This document shows positions 43,200 through 52,760 of a stretch of 64,000 bases of DNA, piece after piece. This DNA comes from a bacterium (lineage in GTDB: Bacteria; Omnitrophota; Gorgyraeia; Duberdicusellales; 4484-171). The translations under genes and the position numbers were made by a program. Below the pieces are notes generated by a model. It saw only the letters and a program-made list of their open reading frames with translations. It was not told the DNA's origin and made no database searches. Numbering within the stretch: the stretch's first letter is position 1; each line of letters opens with the position of its first letter. Location: contig JAJYOP010000001.1 of assembly GCA_021796115.1 (NCBI GenBank), positions 119,755 to 183,754 of the forward strand, read 5' to 3'.

Positions 43200-44204
43200 A
43201 TGAAACAAAAGATTTCCATACTCGGTGCCGGCGGTTGGGGGACTACTTTAGCCGTTGTTCTTTCCGGTAAAAAAAATCTAGAGACAACATTATGGTCGGC
43301 ATTTCCCGAACAAGTCGAGCAAATTATTAAAGAAAGAGAAAACAAAGATTTTCTTCCTTCCGTAAAAATACCAAAAAACTTGAAAATTACCTCTAGCCTC
43401 AAATCAGTGCTGTCTGCAAATATAATTATTTTAGCAATACCTGCCGAACATCTGCGAAGCTGTCTTGTTAATATTAATGTGGCAGGAGTTGATTTTAAAA
43501 ACAAGCTTTTTTTAAGTGTGATTAAAGGAATAGAAATAAAAAGCCTGAAGCGACCGAGCGAAATATTACACGAAATGCTTAATTTACCTTATGAACAGAT
43601 AGTAGTTCTCTCCGGCCCGACAATTGCTAAAGAGGTAGCGCAAGGTATACCTGCAGTTGCAACGGTTGCCTCCAATTCGTACGCCAACGCACAAAAAATC
43701 CAAAAAATATTCGAATCAACAAATCTTCGGCTTTATACCCATAAAGATATGATTGGTATAGAAACAGCCGGCGCGCTAAAAAATATTATCGCTATTGCCT
43801 GCGGTATTTCCGATGGCCTTGGTTTTGGAACAAATACTAAATCAGCAATAATTTGCCGCGGTTTAAAAGAGATGATGCGTTTCGGCAGAGCTCTGCATAT
43901 AAACGAATCAGCATTTTTAGGGATAAGCGGAATAGGGGATTTATGCACAACATGTTTTTCTAACTTCTCAAGAAATAGATTTATCGGCAAACAAATTGCT
44001 TCAGGCAAAGCACTCAATGAAGTATTAAAAAATATGAAAATGGTTGCTGAAGGCGTGACGACGGTGAAGTCCGTTTATAACATAACTAAAAAATATAAAA
44101 TAGATATGCCGATAACTAAAGAGATATATCTTATTCTTTATAAAAATAAATCTCCCAAAATAGCAGTTAAGGATTTGATGGGCCGCCCATTGAAGGATGA
44201 ATAG
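43200..44204 (+). CDS. gpsA: NAD(P)H-dependent glycerol-3-phosphate dehydrogenase
   Basis: ISILGAGGWGTTLA, GALKNIIAIA and GDLxxTC motifs. Confidence 0.92.
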   Translation: MKQKISILGAGGWGTTLAVVLSGKKNLETTLWSAFPEQVEQIIKERENKDFLPSVKIPKNLKITSSLKSVLSANIIILAIPAEHLRSCLVNINVAGVDFKNKLFLSVIKGIEIKSLKRPSEILHEMLNLPYEQIVVLSGPTIAKEVAQGIPAVATVASNSYANAQKIQKIFESTNLRLYTHKDMIGIETAGALKNIIAIACGISDGLGFGTNTKSAIICRGLKEMMRFGRALHINESAFLGISGIGDLCTTCFSNFSRNRFIGKQIASGKALNEVLKNMKMVAEGVTTVKSVYNITKKYKIDMPITKEIYLILYKNKSPKIAVKDLMGRPLKDE

Positions 44205-44228
44205 CCAACCAATTAAAGGAGGGTTAAT

Positions 44229-44711
44229 ATGAAAAGGTTATTTTCGTTTCTCTTATGTCTTTTGTTTGTTGTTACAATTTCAGGCTGTGAAAGTAATAAA
44301 ACTAGGGTAGCTGAGGGCGCAGTAATTGGAGGGCTTGTGGGAGGTGCTGCTGGCGGGATCATCGGACATCAAAGCGGACATGCCGGAGTTGGCGCAGGTA
44401 TCGGTATAGCTGCAGGGGCGCTCACGGGTGCCTTAATCGGTAGCCAAATAAATAAGCCACAAACCCAACAGCAGCCCCAAGCTACTAACCAATCCGTTCA
44501 AAATACACAAGTACAACAACCAGCCGTTCAAGGTGGCCAGCTTTCGATAGATCAAATAGTTCAGCTGCATAAACAGGGAATAAGTGATGACGAAATTATT
44601 GCTAAGATTCACAGTACGAATTCAAAATTTGCCCTTTCAACCGAAGGTGTTAATTATCTAAAACAACAGGGATTGAGTCAAAAGGTTATTGACTCCATGC
44701 AAAGTAAATAA
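44229..44711 (+). CDS. Glycine-zipper lipoprotein
   Basis: Lipobox ISGC, GGxxGGxxGG glycine zipper, Gln-rich linker. Confidence 0.6.
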   Translation: MKRLFSFLLCLLFVVTISGCESNKTRVAEGAVIGGLVGGAAGGIIGHQSGHAGVGAGIGIAAGALTGALIGSQINKPQTQQQPQATNQSVQNTQVQQPAVQGGQLSIDQIVQLHKQGISDDEIIAKIHSTNSKFALSTEGVNYLKQQGLSQKVIDSMQSK

Positions 44712-44720
44712 TATTTCCGG

Positions 44721-44747
44721 CAGGGAACGGTTTTAAAACGTTCCCTG
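44721..44747 (+). terminator. Hairpin CAGGGAACG-loop-CGTTCCCTG
   Basis: Same stem sequence as 8133-8158. Confidence 0.6.
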
Positions 44748-44805
44748 CACTCGATAGTTACTTGCCTAAGGCGCAAAGTGTGATAAAATTAAAATAAAAT
44801 AAGCT

Positions 44806-45141
44806 ATGAATAATATAGATTGGCAAGGTTTTAGCAGTAGATTTTCCGGATATTTAAACGAACTAACAAGTTTCAATTTTCATATATCCAACCCGGTATT
44901 CTGGCTCTTCTTCTGCATACTTTTCTTAGTGCTATTAAAATTATGGACGGCAAAAAAAGCTTTTTCTTTTTGTGCTGTAATCGCTTTGATTTTGCTGGCA
45001 TCAACTAAAATCGAAGCCAATATTTTAAGTTTTTTTAGCCGGGGCGGAGAATCATTTGATGGCGTAATTATAAGGATAGTTACAATGGTAATTATTTGCA
45101 TAGTAATATTGTATTATTCTTGCATAAAAAGCAATTATTGA
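44806..45141 (+). CDS. Hypothetical membrane protein
   Basis: Three predicted TM helices; no family recognised. Confidence 0.45.
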   Translation: MNNIDWQGFSSRFSGYLNELTSFNFHISNPVFWLFFCILFLVLLKLWTAKKAFSFCAVIALILLASTKIEANILSFFSRGGESFDGVIIRIVTMVIICIVILYYSCIKSNY

Positions 45142-45375
45142 TTGATAAATGTAAACTTTTTCTTCCTTGATCGCCTTCCAATTCTTGCTTTACAGCCTAA
45201 AAAAAGCCTAGTATAATAACACAAATTAAGCCAGTCAGGTTTATTTAAGGTAACAATTCTTTAATTATTTTGCTTCCCCGGAACCACTACGGGGTGACAG
45301 CTAGCCAAGAAAAAGCTTCTCTGAAACACTTCGAGGCGAGCATCATATAAGGGGCAGAGCCCCTATGACTTTTAC

Positions 45376-45451
45376 CGGGGGATAGCGCAGTCCGGATTAG
45401 CGCACTTGAATGGGGTTCAAGAGGCCGTGGGTTCAATTCCCACTCCCCCGA
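45376..45451 (+). tRNA. tRNA-Pro (GGG)
   Basis: Acceptor CGGGGGA/TCCCCCG, anticodon loop ATGGGGT, T-loop TTCAATT. Confidence 0.85.
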
Positions 45452-45529
45452 TTCTATAGTTTTATGTTAAATTCCATGGCGGGAGTCCCTTGGACTAAAA
45501 TAAAAATGTGTGTTTGTTAGGAGGTAAAA

Positions 45530-45895
45530 ATGGATAAATATAAGGGCGAAGAGCGAAGAAAATTTCCAAGAGCAAATGCAAATTTTGTTGTAAGTTATAG
45601 ACTAAAAGAACATCCTGGTACTTATGATCTTAGCCAGACAAAAAATGTAAGCCAGGGGGGAATGCTTATTACCACAAATAAAAAATTTGATAATGGTATA
45701 CAATTGGCAATGACAATAAGGTTTCCGTTTGTTAACCAGAAAATAGAAGTTACAGCAGAAGTTATTGATTCAAAAGAAATAGTTAAAGGCTTAATATATG
45801 AAACACGTTTAAAATTTGTGGATTTGCCAGACGGATTTTTTAAAGAACTTGGCGACTTTATAAAGGAGTTATTAGAAAGATGGTCAAAAAAATAG
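45530..45895 (+). CDS. Stand-alone PilZ domain protein
   Basis: RRKFPR (RxxxR) and NVSQGG (D/NxSxxG). Confidence 0.75.
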   Translation: MDKYKGEERRKFPRANANFVVSYRLKEHPGTYDLSQTKNVSQGGMLITTNKKFDNGIQLAMTIRFPFVNQKIEVTAEVIDSKEIVKGLIYETRLKFVDLPDGFFKELGDFIKELLERWSKK

Positions 45896-47148
45896 GTATA
45901 ATCGGATTAGGCAATGTTGGGGCAGCCACACTTAAATCGCTGGCTGACCACTCCTCACTCGTTAAGCGTCGCACCTCGGTAAAGATTGAAGTAAAAATAG
46001 CCTGCGATTCACGAAAAAGTAAAGGAAAAATTGCTTCTAAATACGGGGTCCCTTTTACTACTGATGCCTCTAAAGTCATCAATGATCCGCAAATAGACAT
46101 AATAGTTGAATTAATCGGCGGAATTGAGCCGGCCCTCACATTTATTAAACAGGCGTTAGAAAACGGAAAAAATGTCGTTACTGCCAATAAGGCTCTTTTA
46201 GCCGAGCGCGGCAAAGAGCTTTTTTCTCTTGCGCATCGAAAAGGAAAAAATATAGGTTTTGAAGCATCTGTTTGCGGAGCAATACCGCTTATAAAAAGTA
46301 TTTCTGAAGGGCTGGTCGCTTGCGATATCAAGAAGATATACGGCATCTTAAACGGCACAACCAATTATATACTTTATAAAATGGGTAGCGATAAAATTGA
46401 TTTTTCGCTGGCACTGCGCAAAGCCCAGAAAAAAGGTTTTGCCGAAAGAAAACCGCATTTTGATATATCAGGAATCGATACGCTTAATAAATTATGCATT
46501 TTAAGCTATCTTTGTTTTGGGGTGTGGCCCTCTTTGGAACGGGTATATGCCGAAGGCATTTCTAAAATTAGTATGCTTGATATAGTTTGTGCGGAGGAAT
46601 TAAATTACAGAGTAAAACTTTTGGCTATCGCAAAAAGAAAAGGCGATTCTCTTGATTTAAGGGTCCACCCTACGCTGGTTCCGATAGGTCATCCTTTGTC
46701 AGAAGTTTCTTATGCTTATAATGCGGTTTATCTTGATACGCATCCGGCAGGGGATCTGCTTTTTTATGGCCGCGGCGCAGGCGGCCCACCTACTTCATCG
46801 GCAGTTATCTCTGATATAGTCAGCCTATCACAAGGAAGCAAAATTTCCGAACGGGAAAAAGAGAAAATAAAACTTAAAAATATAAAAAGTGTCCGGTCCC
46901 GTTATTATATAAGATTTATGGCCCATGATGAGCCAGGAGTTCTAGCGAAGGTTTCAAAGATTCTTGCCTCGCAGCACATCAGTATCGCTTCAGTTACGCA
47001 GAAAGAAAAATTACACAGAAAATTTGTTCCGGTAATCATGATTACCCATGCCGCAAAAGAAGCTGATATGCAGAGAGCGCTTGAAAGGATAGATAAACTC
47101 ACCGTAATAAAAAGCCCGTCGCAAATAATAAGAATAGAGGACTTCTAA
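45880..47148 (+). CDS. hom: Homoserine dehydrogenase
   Basis: [17 protein letters not shown]-terminal ACT domain. Confidence 0.9.
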   Translation: MVKKIGIIGLGNVGAATLKSLADHSSLVKRRTSVKIEVKIACDSRKSKGKIASKYGVPFTTDASKVINDPQIDIIVELIGGIEPALTFIKQALENGKNVVTANKALLAERGKELFSLAHRKGKNIGFEASVCGAIPLIKSISEGLVACDIKKIYGILNGTTNYILYKMGSDKIDFSLALRKAQKKGFAERKPHFDISGIDTLNKLCILSYLCFGVWPSLERVYAEGISKISMLDIVCAEELNYRVKLLAIAKRKGDSLDLRVHPTLVPIGHPLSEVSYAYNAVYLDTHPAGDLLFYGRGAGGPPTSSAVISDIVSLSQGSKISEREKEKIKLKNIKSVRSRYYIRFMAHDEPGVLAKVSKILASQHISIASVTQKEKLHRKFVPVIMITHAAKEADMQRALERIDKLTVIKSPSQIIRIEDF

Positions 47149-48218
47149 TGGCTTACCAGGGCCTAATTTCACGTTACGCTAAATTTTTGCCGGTAACAAA
47201 AAATACGCCAATCGTTACCCTGCTCGAAGGCAACACCCCGCTTATTTATTCGCCGAAAATTTCTAAACTGCTTGGCAAAAATTTTAAAGTTTATTTAAAA
47301 TACGAAGGTTTGAATCCGACCGGCTCTTTCAAGGATAGAGGGATGACTATGGCGATTTCTAAAGCCAAAGAAGAAGGCCACACTGCGGTTATTTGTGCTT
47401 CAACTGGAAACACATCGGCATCGGCGGCAGCATATTCTGCTCGGGCAAATTTAAAATGCATAGTTATAATTCCTGAAGGAGCCATTGCTTTAGGTAAATT
47501 AGCGCAGGCACTTATTCATAATGCAACAGTAATTGCCATAAGGGGTAATTTCGACGGCGCACTTACCATTGTTCGTGAAATGGCTTCTAATTACCCAGTT
47601 CAACTCGTTAATTCCATTAACCCTTACCGTATAGAAGGTCAAAAAACTGCTTCCTTTGAAATTTGTGATTATTTAGGAAGAGTGCCGGATTTTCATATCC
47701 TTCCCGTCGGTAATGCCGGAAATATTACGGCCTATTGGAAAGGCTATAAGGAATACTATGCGTGCAAAAAAATAAATTCTTTGCCACAGATGTTAGGTTT
47801 TCAGGCAAAGGGTGCAGCTCCGATAGTTTACGGCTATCCAATCAGAAATCCAAAAACCATCGCCACGGCAATTAAAATCGGTAACCCCGCAAGCTGGCAG
47901 CAGGCCAAAACAGCAAGAGACGAATCGCGAGGGTTAATTGATGCTGTAAGCGATAACGAAATAATCTATGCCTATAAATATCTGGCTAAGGAAGAAGGGA
48001 TATTTTGCGAACCCGCCTCCGCCGCATCAGTTGCCGGATTATTTCAACTTATAAAACAAAGATTTTTTGAAAAAATTAAAAATAAAAAAGAAATCGTTAT
48101 TAGTTGTACCCTTACCGGCCACGGTTTAAAAGACCCGCAACTTGCCATAAAGAGCATAAAAAATCCGCCAACCGTAAAAGCAGAATTAACTGCAGTAGCA
48201 AAAGCAGCAGGAATCTAA
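47148..48218 (+). CDS. thrC: Threonine synthase
   Basis: PLP-lysine motif [16 protein letters not shown] overlap with hom. Confidence 0.92.
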   Translation: MAYQGLISRYAKFLPVTKNTPIVTLLEGNTPLIYSPKISKLLGKNFKVYLKYEGLNPTGSFKDRGMTMAISKAKEEGHTAVICASTGNTSASAAAYSARANLKCIVIIPEGAIALGKLAQALIHNATVIAIRGNFDGALTIVREMASNYPVQLVNSINPYRIEGQKTASFEICDYLGRVPDFHILPVGNAGNITAYWKGYKEYYACKKINSLPQMLGFQAKGAAPIVYGYPIRNPKTIATAIKIGNPASWQQAKTARDESRGLIDAVSDNEIIYAYKYLAKEEGIFCEPASAASVAGLFQLIKQRFFEKIKNKKEIVISCTLTGHGLKDPQLAIKSIKNPPTVKAELTAVAKAAGI

Positions 48219-48236
48219 AAAGAAAACAAAAATATC

Positions 48237-49829
48237 ATGAAAGATTTTTCGCAAAAAATTTCAAAAATTTTAGAGGACATCATAAAAAAAGAATACGAAG
48301 CTGTTATTGATGAGCCATTGTGGGAAGCCTCGCCACGGCAGGATTTTGGCGACCTTTCTTCGATGGCAGCTTTAAAACTTGCTTCTAGGCTTAAACAGGA
48401 TCCTCTGGAAATAGCTTCAAACCTCAAGGCCCACCTGGAAGAAAAAATTAAAAGCGATGTAGAAAAAATAGAGATTTTAAAACCCGGCTTTATCAATATT
48501 TTTATCGCAAAAGAAGTTTTGTTAAATTCTTTAAACGACATTCTGGAAAGTAAAGAAAAGTTTTTCCAGCGCAACCTAAAAAGAAAGATTATCCTCGAAT
48601 TTTTAAGTGCAAATCCAACCGGCCCGTTATCTATTGCCCATGGCCGGCAGGCGGTAGTTGGCGATGTTGTTGGAAATATTTTAGAATTTTTTGGGGATTA
48701 CGTCGTAAGGGAATATTATATTAATGATGCCGGAAAACAATTGGATCTTTTTATCGAGTCGGTAAAAGAGCGTATAAAAGAGATAAATGGAGAAAAATTT
48801 GCCATACCTGAAGGCGGATATCTTGGTGAATACGTAAAAGATGTTGCCAACGCTTGCGTCAGCGAGAAACCAAAGGATATTCGGGAATTCGCGCTTTCCT
48901 ATGAACTTTCCCTTATAAAGAAAGATTTGGAACAATTAGGAATACATTTTGATAATTGGATAAGTCAGCAGAAACTGATTGACGATAAAAAAATCGAAAA
49001 AGTAATCGATATTCTTAAAAAGAAAGGTCTGATTTTTGAACGGGAGAATGCCATTTGGTTTTCGGCAACTAAGTTTGGAGATGATAAAGACAGGGTAATT
49101 AAAAAAAGCGACGGCGAACTGACTTATTTTGCCTCCGATATCGCCTATCATGAAGATAAGATCGAACGTAAAACCCAACAGCTGATAAATCTTTGGGGGC
49201 CAGACCACCACGGGTATATCGAAAGGGTTAAATCTGCCATTCATGCCTTAGGTTATGACAAAGAGATTTTAAAAGTTATTATTATCCAGCTTGTAACTTT
49301 AAAGACCAAAGAGAAGATGTCGAAAAGGAAAGGCACGGCGGTTTTACTTTCTGATTTGATCAGCGAAGTGGGCAAAGATGCCACGCGTTTTTATTATCTG
49401 GTCAGGAAAAATTCTTCGCATTTAGAGTTTGATATTGATCTTGCCGAAGACATGTCTTTTAATAATCCTTTGTATTATGTCCAATATGCTTCTTCGCGTA
49501 TCGAGAGTATTTTTCAAAAGGCCGGGATTAAGAAATTCGATTCTAAACATACCAGTAATCTAGAAGGAAATGATGATTTAGCAGTTATCCGTATGCTCTT
49601 ACAATTTTCCTATGCGCTTGAAAAAGCTTATTACAGTTTAGAACCCGTATTTATTATCGAATATTTAAAAGCTCTCGCTGCGGTCTTTCATAAATTTTAT
49701 GAAACAAACCAAGTCATCGGTAAAGACAAAAATTTAGAAAAAGCGCGTCTTAACCTTTTAGAAGGAACCCGAATAGTCTTGCATTGCGCGTTAAATCTCC
49801 TCGGTATCACCCCGGCGAAAAAAATGTAA
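48237..49829 (+). CDS. argS: Arginine--tRNA ligase
   Basis: SANPTGPLSIAHGR (HIGH-type) motif, class I fold, C-terminal DALR-like domain. Confidence 0.9.
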   Translation: MKDFSQKISKILEDIIKKEYEAVIDEPLWEASPRQDFGDLSSMAALKLASRLKQDPLEIASNLKAHLEEKIKSDVEKIEILKPGFINIFIAKEVLLNSLNDILESKEKFFQRNLKRKIILEFLSANPTGPLSIAHGRQAVVGDVVGNILEFFGDYVVREYYINDAGKQLDLFIESVKERIKEINGEKFAIPEGGYLGEYVKDVANACVSEKPKDIREFALSYELSLIKKDLEQLGIHFDNWISQQKLIDDKKIEKVIDILKKKGLIFERENAIWFSATKFGDDKDRVIKKSDGELTYFASDIAYHEDKIERKTQQLINLWGPDHHGYIERVKSAIHALGYDKEILKVIIIQLVTLKTKEKMSKRKGTAVLLSDLISEVGKDATRFYYLVRKNSSHLEFDIDLAEDMSFNNPLYYVQYASSRIESIFQKAGIKKFDSKHTSNLEGNDDLAVIRMLLQFSYALEKAYYSLEPVFIIEYLKALAAVFHKFYETNQVIGKDKNLEKARLNLLEGTRIVLHCALNLLGITPAKKM

Positions 49830-49898
49830 GATTCACAGATGATCACACCTGTTCTTGCGGCAGTCAGGGATAGAAAATCATGAGATGCCACAGATACA

Positions 49899-49926
49899 TT
49901 GATTTTCTCTAAGAGGATAATATAAT
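49899..49926 (+). promoter_or_regulatory. Sigma70-like promoter upstream of recJ
   Basis: TTGATT-N16-TATAAT. It places the ATCTGTG array at about +1 to +40 of the transcript. Confidence 0.55.
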
Positions 49927-49932
49927 AAAAAT

Positions 49933-49973
49933 ATCTGTTACTATCCGGGTCTGTTAATCTGTGGTTATCTGCG
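49933..49973 (+). promoter_or_regulatory. ATCTGTG box array (4 boxes, partly degenerate) upstream of recJ
   Basis: ATCTGTT-N3-ATCCGGG-N7-ATCTGTG-N3-ATCTGCG. Inverted CACAGAT boxes lie at 49834, 49844 and 49889. Confidence 0.55.
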
Positions 49974-49980
49974 TAAAAAA

Positions 49981-51651
49981 ATGAAACGCAAAATCTGGAA
50001 AATAAAAGAACTTACTCCTTACGCAGCAACTTTGGGGCAAAAATATCAGATATCCGCATATCTTGCCCAAATTCTTCTTAATAGAAATATCCCCGAAGAG
50101 GATTTTCATTCTTTTTTAAACCACGATATAAACTCCATTCATTCCTGCCTGCTTTTGCCTGATATCGAAAAGGCAGTTTGCCGTATAAAAAAAGCAATTA
50201 ACGATAAAGAAAAAATTCTTGTTGTCGGCGACTATGACGTTGATGGGATTATGTCCCTAGCTATTTTTAACGAATTTATTAAAACATCCCCCGCGTTATT
50301 TTCTTTTTATATTCCTCACCGCATAAAAGAGGGCTATGGTTTAAATATCGAAGTCATAAAACAGGCAAAAAGAGAAAAGCGGACTTTAATTATCGCTTTT
50401 GACTGCGGGACTAATTCAAAAGAAGAAATAGAGCTGGCGCATTCCTATGGAATAGACATGATAATCGTTGACCACCATCACCCCAAAGATGGCCGCAATA
50501 ATCCATTTGCTTTTATCAATCCTAAACGTAAAGATTCAAAATATCCTTTTACCGAGTTAAGCGGCGCTGCGCTTTCTTTTAAACTTCTCGAGGCCCTAAT
50601 CGGCAAAGACGCTTTTAGTATGCTTGATTTAGTAGCTCTTTCGCTGGTATGCGATGTTGTTCCTTTAAAAGGTGAGAATAGAACGTTATTAAAAGAGGGG
50701 CTCAATTTATTAAAAACTAATAACCGGCCTGCAGTCTCCGCACTTTGTAAAGTTGCAAAAATAAGAAAAGAAAACATTACTGCATTTCATATCGGTTATA
50801 TATTAGGCCCGCGCATAAATGCCTCAGGAAGGATTGCTTCTGCCAGCGAATCTCTGCGGATGTTCTTAAGCGATGACGAAAAAGAAATTTTCTCTATCGC
50901 GTCTAAACTTCAAGAATATAACCAATTACGAAAAGATATTGAGCTTGATATTTTAAGGGAAGCTGAACAAAAAATAGAGAATAATTTATCGCAAAACTAT
51001 GCAATAGTTGTTGACGGAGAAGGCTGGCATTCGGGAGTTTTAGGTATTGTAGCTTCACGATTAGCCGACAAATATTACCGGCCGTCATTTGTGATTTCGT
51101 TTGAGGATGGTTTGGGAAAGGGTTCCGCGCGCTCGATACACAGCGTGCATCTCATGGAAGCTTTAGAAAAATGTTCCAAGTCCTTGTCTACTTACGGCGG
51201 GCACAGAAAAGCCGCCGGCATAGAAATTTTTAAAGAAGGTTTGGATGAATTTCGCAAAAATATAAACAATTATATAAAAGAGAATGTAGAAGCAAAAGAT
51301 CTAATCCCCATTCTGGACATAGATTTAAAATTAGATTTTAATGATATAAATGTCAATTTTGTAGAGTCCCTGGAAAGTTTAGAGCCTTTTGGCGAAGAAA
51401 ATCCCAAAGCTATGTTTGCCAGTTCTTCCGTCAGCAAAAAGAGTTCTCCTAAAAAAATAAACAGCGGTTATTCTGTCTGGCTTACCGATGGCAAAAAAAC
51501 TTTGGAAGCAGCAGTTTATGATAGTGGATTGCTTGATATCTTAGAATATGCTGATAAGTTTGATGTAGCCTATAACCTGCAGAAAAATACCTACCATAAC
51601 GAGCCGGTTTTAGCTATTAGGGATATTGCTATGTCTAGCGACAAAATTTAG
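49981..51651 (+). CDS. recJ: Single-stranded-DNA-specific exonuclease RecJ
   Basis: DHH family motifs VVGDYDVDGI, FDCG, DHHH. Confidence 0.9.
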   Translation: MKRKIWKIKELTPYAATLGQKYQISAYLAQILLNRNIPEEDFHSFLNHDINSIHSCLLLPDIEKAVCRIKKAINDKEKILVVGDYDVDGIMSLAIFNEFIKTSPALFSFYIPHRIKEGYGLNIEVIKQAKREKRTLIIAFDCGTNSKEEIELAHSYGIDMIIVDHHHPKDGRNNPFAFINPKRKDSKYPFTELSGAALSFKLLEALIGKDAFSMLDLVALSLVCDVVPLKGENRTLLKEGLNLLKTNNRPAVSALCKVAKIRKENITAFHIGYILGPRINASGRIASASESLRMFLSDDEKEIFSIASKLQEYNQLRKDIELDILREAEQKIENNLSQNYAIVVDGEGWHSGVLGIVASRLADKYYRPSFVISFEDGLGKGSARSIHSVHLMEALEKCSKSLSTYGGHRKAAGIEIFKEGLDEFRKNINNYIKENVEAKDLIPILDIDLKLDFNDINVNFVESLESLEPFGEENPKAMFASSSVSKKSSPKKINSGYSVWLTDGKKTLEAAVYDSGLLDILEYADKFDVAYNLQKNTYHNEPVLAIRDIAMSSDKI

Positions 51652-51864
51652 TTTCGCGCTCTTAATGCACTTTGTGCAGACGAAAACCCTTTTTACCTTG
51701 CCCTCAACAATAATCCTTCTTTTTTGAAGATTGGGGAGGAATTTTCTTTTTGTAATCCCGGTAGTTTTTTTACCTACACCGCCTTCCCTTTTGGCTTTAC
51801 CGCGCCTTATTATTGAATTTCCGCCGATGGTTTTTTTACTGCAAATTTCACAACGCCTGCTCAT
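51610..51864 (-). CDS. rpmB: Ribosomal protein bL28 (zinc-ribbon form)
   Basis: Start moved to MSRRCEICSKK (AAGGAG Shine-Dalgarno upstream). CxxC...CxxC, RKFLPNLQ motif. The 3' end overlaps the recJ 3' end by 42 nt, convergently. Confidence 0.8.
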   Translation of the reverse strand: MSRRCEICSKKTIGGNSIIRRGKAKREGGVGKKTTGITKRKFLPNLQKRRIIVEGKVKRVFVCTKCIKSAKLNFVARHSNIPNS

Positions 51865-51928
51865 ATTTATTACTCCTTTTATACACAGATAGTCAGAGAT
51901 GTGGAAGCGGATAATCACAGATGATTTT

Positions 51929-51968
51929 ATCTGTGATTATCTGTGATCTTTATCTGTGGCCATCTGTG
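51929..51968 (+). promoter_or_regulatory. ATCTGTG box array (4 exact boxes)
   Basis: Exact boxes at 51929, 51939, 51952 and 51962. Inverted CACAGAT boxes lie at 51884 and 51916. The perfect hairpin ATAATCACAGAT-GATTTT-ATCTGTGATTAT spans 51911-51940. Confidence 0.6.
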
Positions 51969-52034
51969 TACCCAAAATTATTATAACTATACTTATAAAT
52001 CAGCTATTGTCAAGGAAAATCTGGGGAAATCGTC

Positions 52035-52065
52035 TTGTAATCTTGTTAAATATATGTTATACAAT
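52035..52065 (+). promoter_or_regulatory. Sigma70-like promoter of riboswitch cassette 2
   Basis: TTGTAA-N17-TATACAAT; near-identical to 11728-11758. Confidence 0.6.
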
Positions 52066-52097
52066 AAATGACAAACCAGTTCTTTAAAATTTATACG

Positions 52098-52176
52098 AAA
52101 AAAGCTAACCTTGGGAAATCAGGGGGCGCAAAGCTTAAAGAGCCTAAAGCCATAAGGCTATGGTAGTCAGCTGCCG
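52098..52176 (+). promoter_or_regulatory. GEMM-I-like cyclic-dinucleotide riboswitch aptamer, copy 2 (compact)
   Basis: AAAAGCTAACCTTGGGAAATCAGGGGGCGCAAAGCTTAAAGAGCCTAAAGCCATAAGGCTATGGTAGTCAGCTGCCG aligns by eye with the Vibrio cholerae Vc2 core. Confidence 0.75.
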
Positions 52177-52195
52177 TTATTTTATTTGAAAGGTT

Positions 52196-52226
52196 AAACC
52201 CATAGCTTGTAGCTATGGGTTTTTTA
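52196..52226 (+). terminator. Intrinsic terminator (riboswitch expression platform)
   Basis: AAACCCATAGC-loop-GCTATGGGTTT followed by a T-run. Confidence 0.85.
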
Positions 52227-52290
52227 TTGAAAACCCCACTCGCAATTCGACCAGGTCTTTTTGCAAAGCAAAAAGACAGTCTCATTGCTC

Positions 52291-52355
52291 GGGGGTAATT
52301 CGCACTTGTCTTTTTTCAGACAGGAGTCTGAAAAAAGACTGTGCTCATTAGGAGG
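52291..52355 (+). promoter_or_regulatory. Conserved leader hairpin, copy 3
   Basis: GGGGGTAATTCGCAC, perfect 13-bp stem GTCTTTTTTCAGA / TCTGAAAAAAGAC, GTGCTCATT, AGGAGG Shine-Dalgarno. A related module (AATTCGAC..GTCTCATT) lies at 52244-52288. Confidence 0.6.
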
Positions 52356-52360
52356 TGGCT

Positions 52361-52696
52361 ATGTTAAGGAAAGCCGTGGGTTTACTTATTGTGTGTTTAA
52401 TGGTTATGTCAGTGAGCGCATTTGCCGAAGACAATAATGCGCTTGCTAAATTGGGCAGAGGGTTAACCAATGCCGTGACAGGAGTAGTAGAAATTCCAAA
52501 GCAAATTTATCTTGTTTCGCAGGAGAAAGAACCCATCACAGGCATTACTTATGGCACAGCCAAAGGTATATGCTATGGGTTAATGCGTACGGCAGCCGGA
52601 GTTTATGACACCCTTGCTTTCGCAATCCCTCCTTATGATAAACCGGTTATGGAGCCTGCATTTGTGTTTGAAGGATGGCAGGCGGAGAAAAAGTAA
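52361..52696 (+). CDS. Small secreted protein resembling the exosortase-system-associated TIGR04073 family
   Basis: Start moved to the ATG 5 nt after the Shine-Dalgarno. Signal peptide; KLGRGLTNAVTGVVEIPKQIY, GTAKGICYGLMRTAAGVYDTLAF, EPAFVF. Confidence 0.6.
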   Translation: MLRKAVGLLIVCLMVMSVSAFAEDNNALAKLGRGLTNAVTGVVEIPKQIYLVSQEKEPITGITYGTAKGICYGLMRTAAGVYDTLAFAIPPYDKPVMEPAFVFEGWQAEKK

Positions 52697-52712
52697 AATC
52701 TGAATAAGAAAA

Positions 52713-52755
52713 ATATAAGGGTACAGGCTTGAATGGCTTGTACCCTTATATTTTT
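52713..52755. terminator. Bidirectional terminator between convergent genes
   Basis: ATATAAGGGTACAGGC-loop-GCTTGTACCCTTATAT, flanked by A-run and T-run. Confidence 0.85.
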
Positions 52756-52760
52756 ACAGG

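Noticed and set aside
52355-52360. GTG start proposed by the ORF track for the TIGR04073-like gene. Similar upstream extensions are proposed at 3412, 7074, 9875, 17833 and 28444
   Set aside because: In each case an internal ATG has a better-placed Shine-Dalgarno and/or gives a canonical signal peptide or family N-terminus. The extensions overlap structured RNA or repeat sequence.
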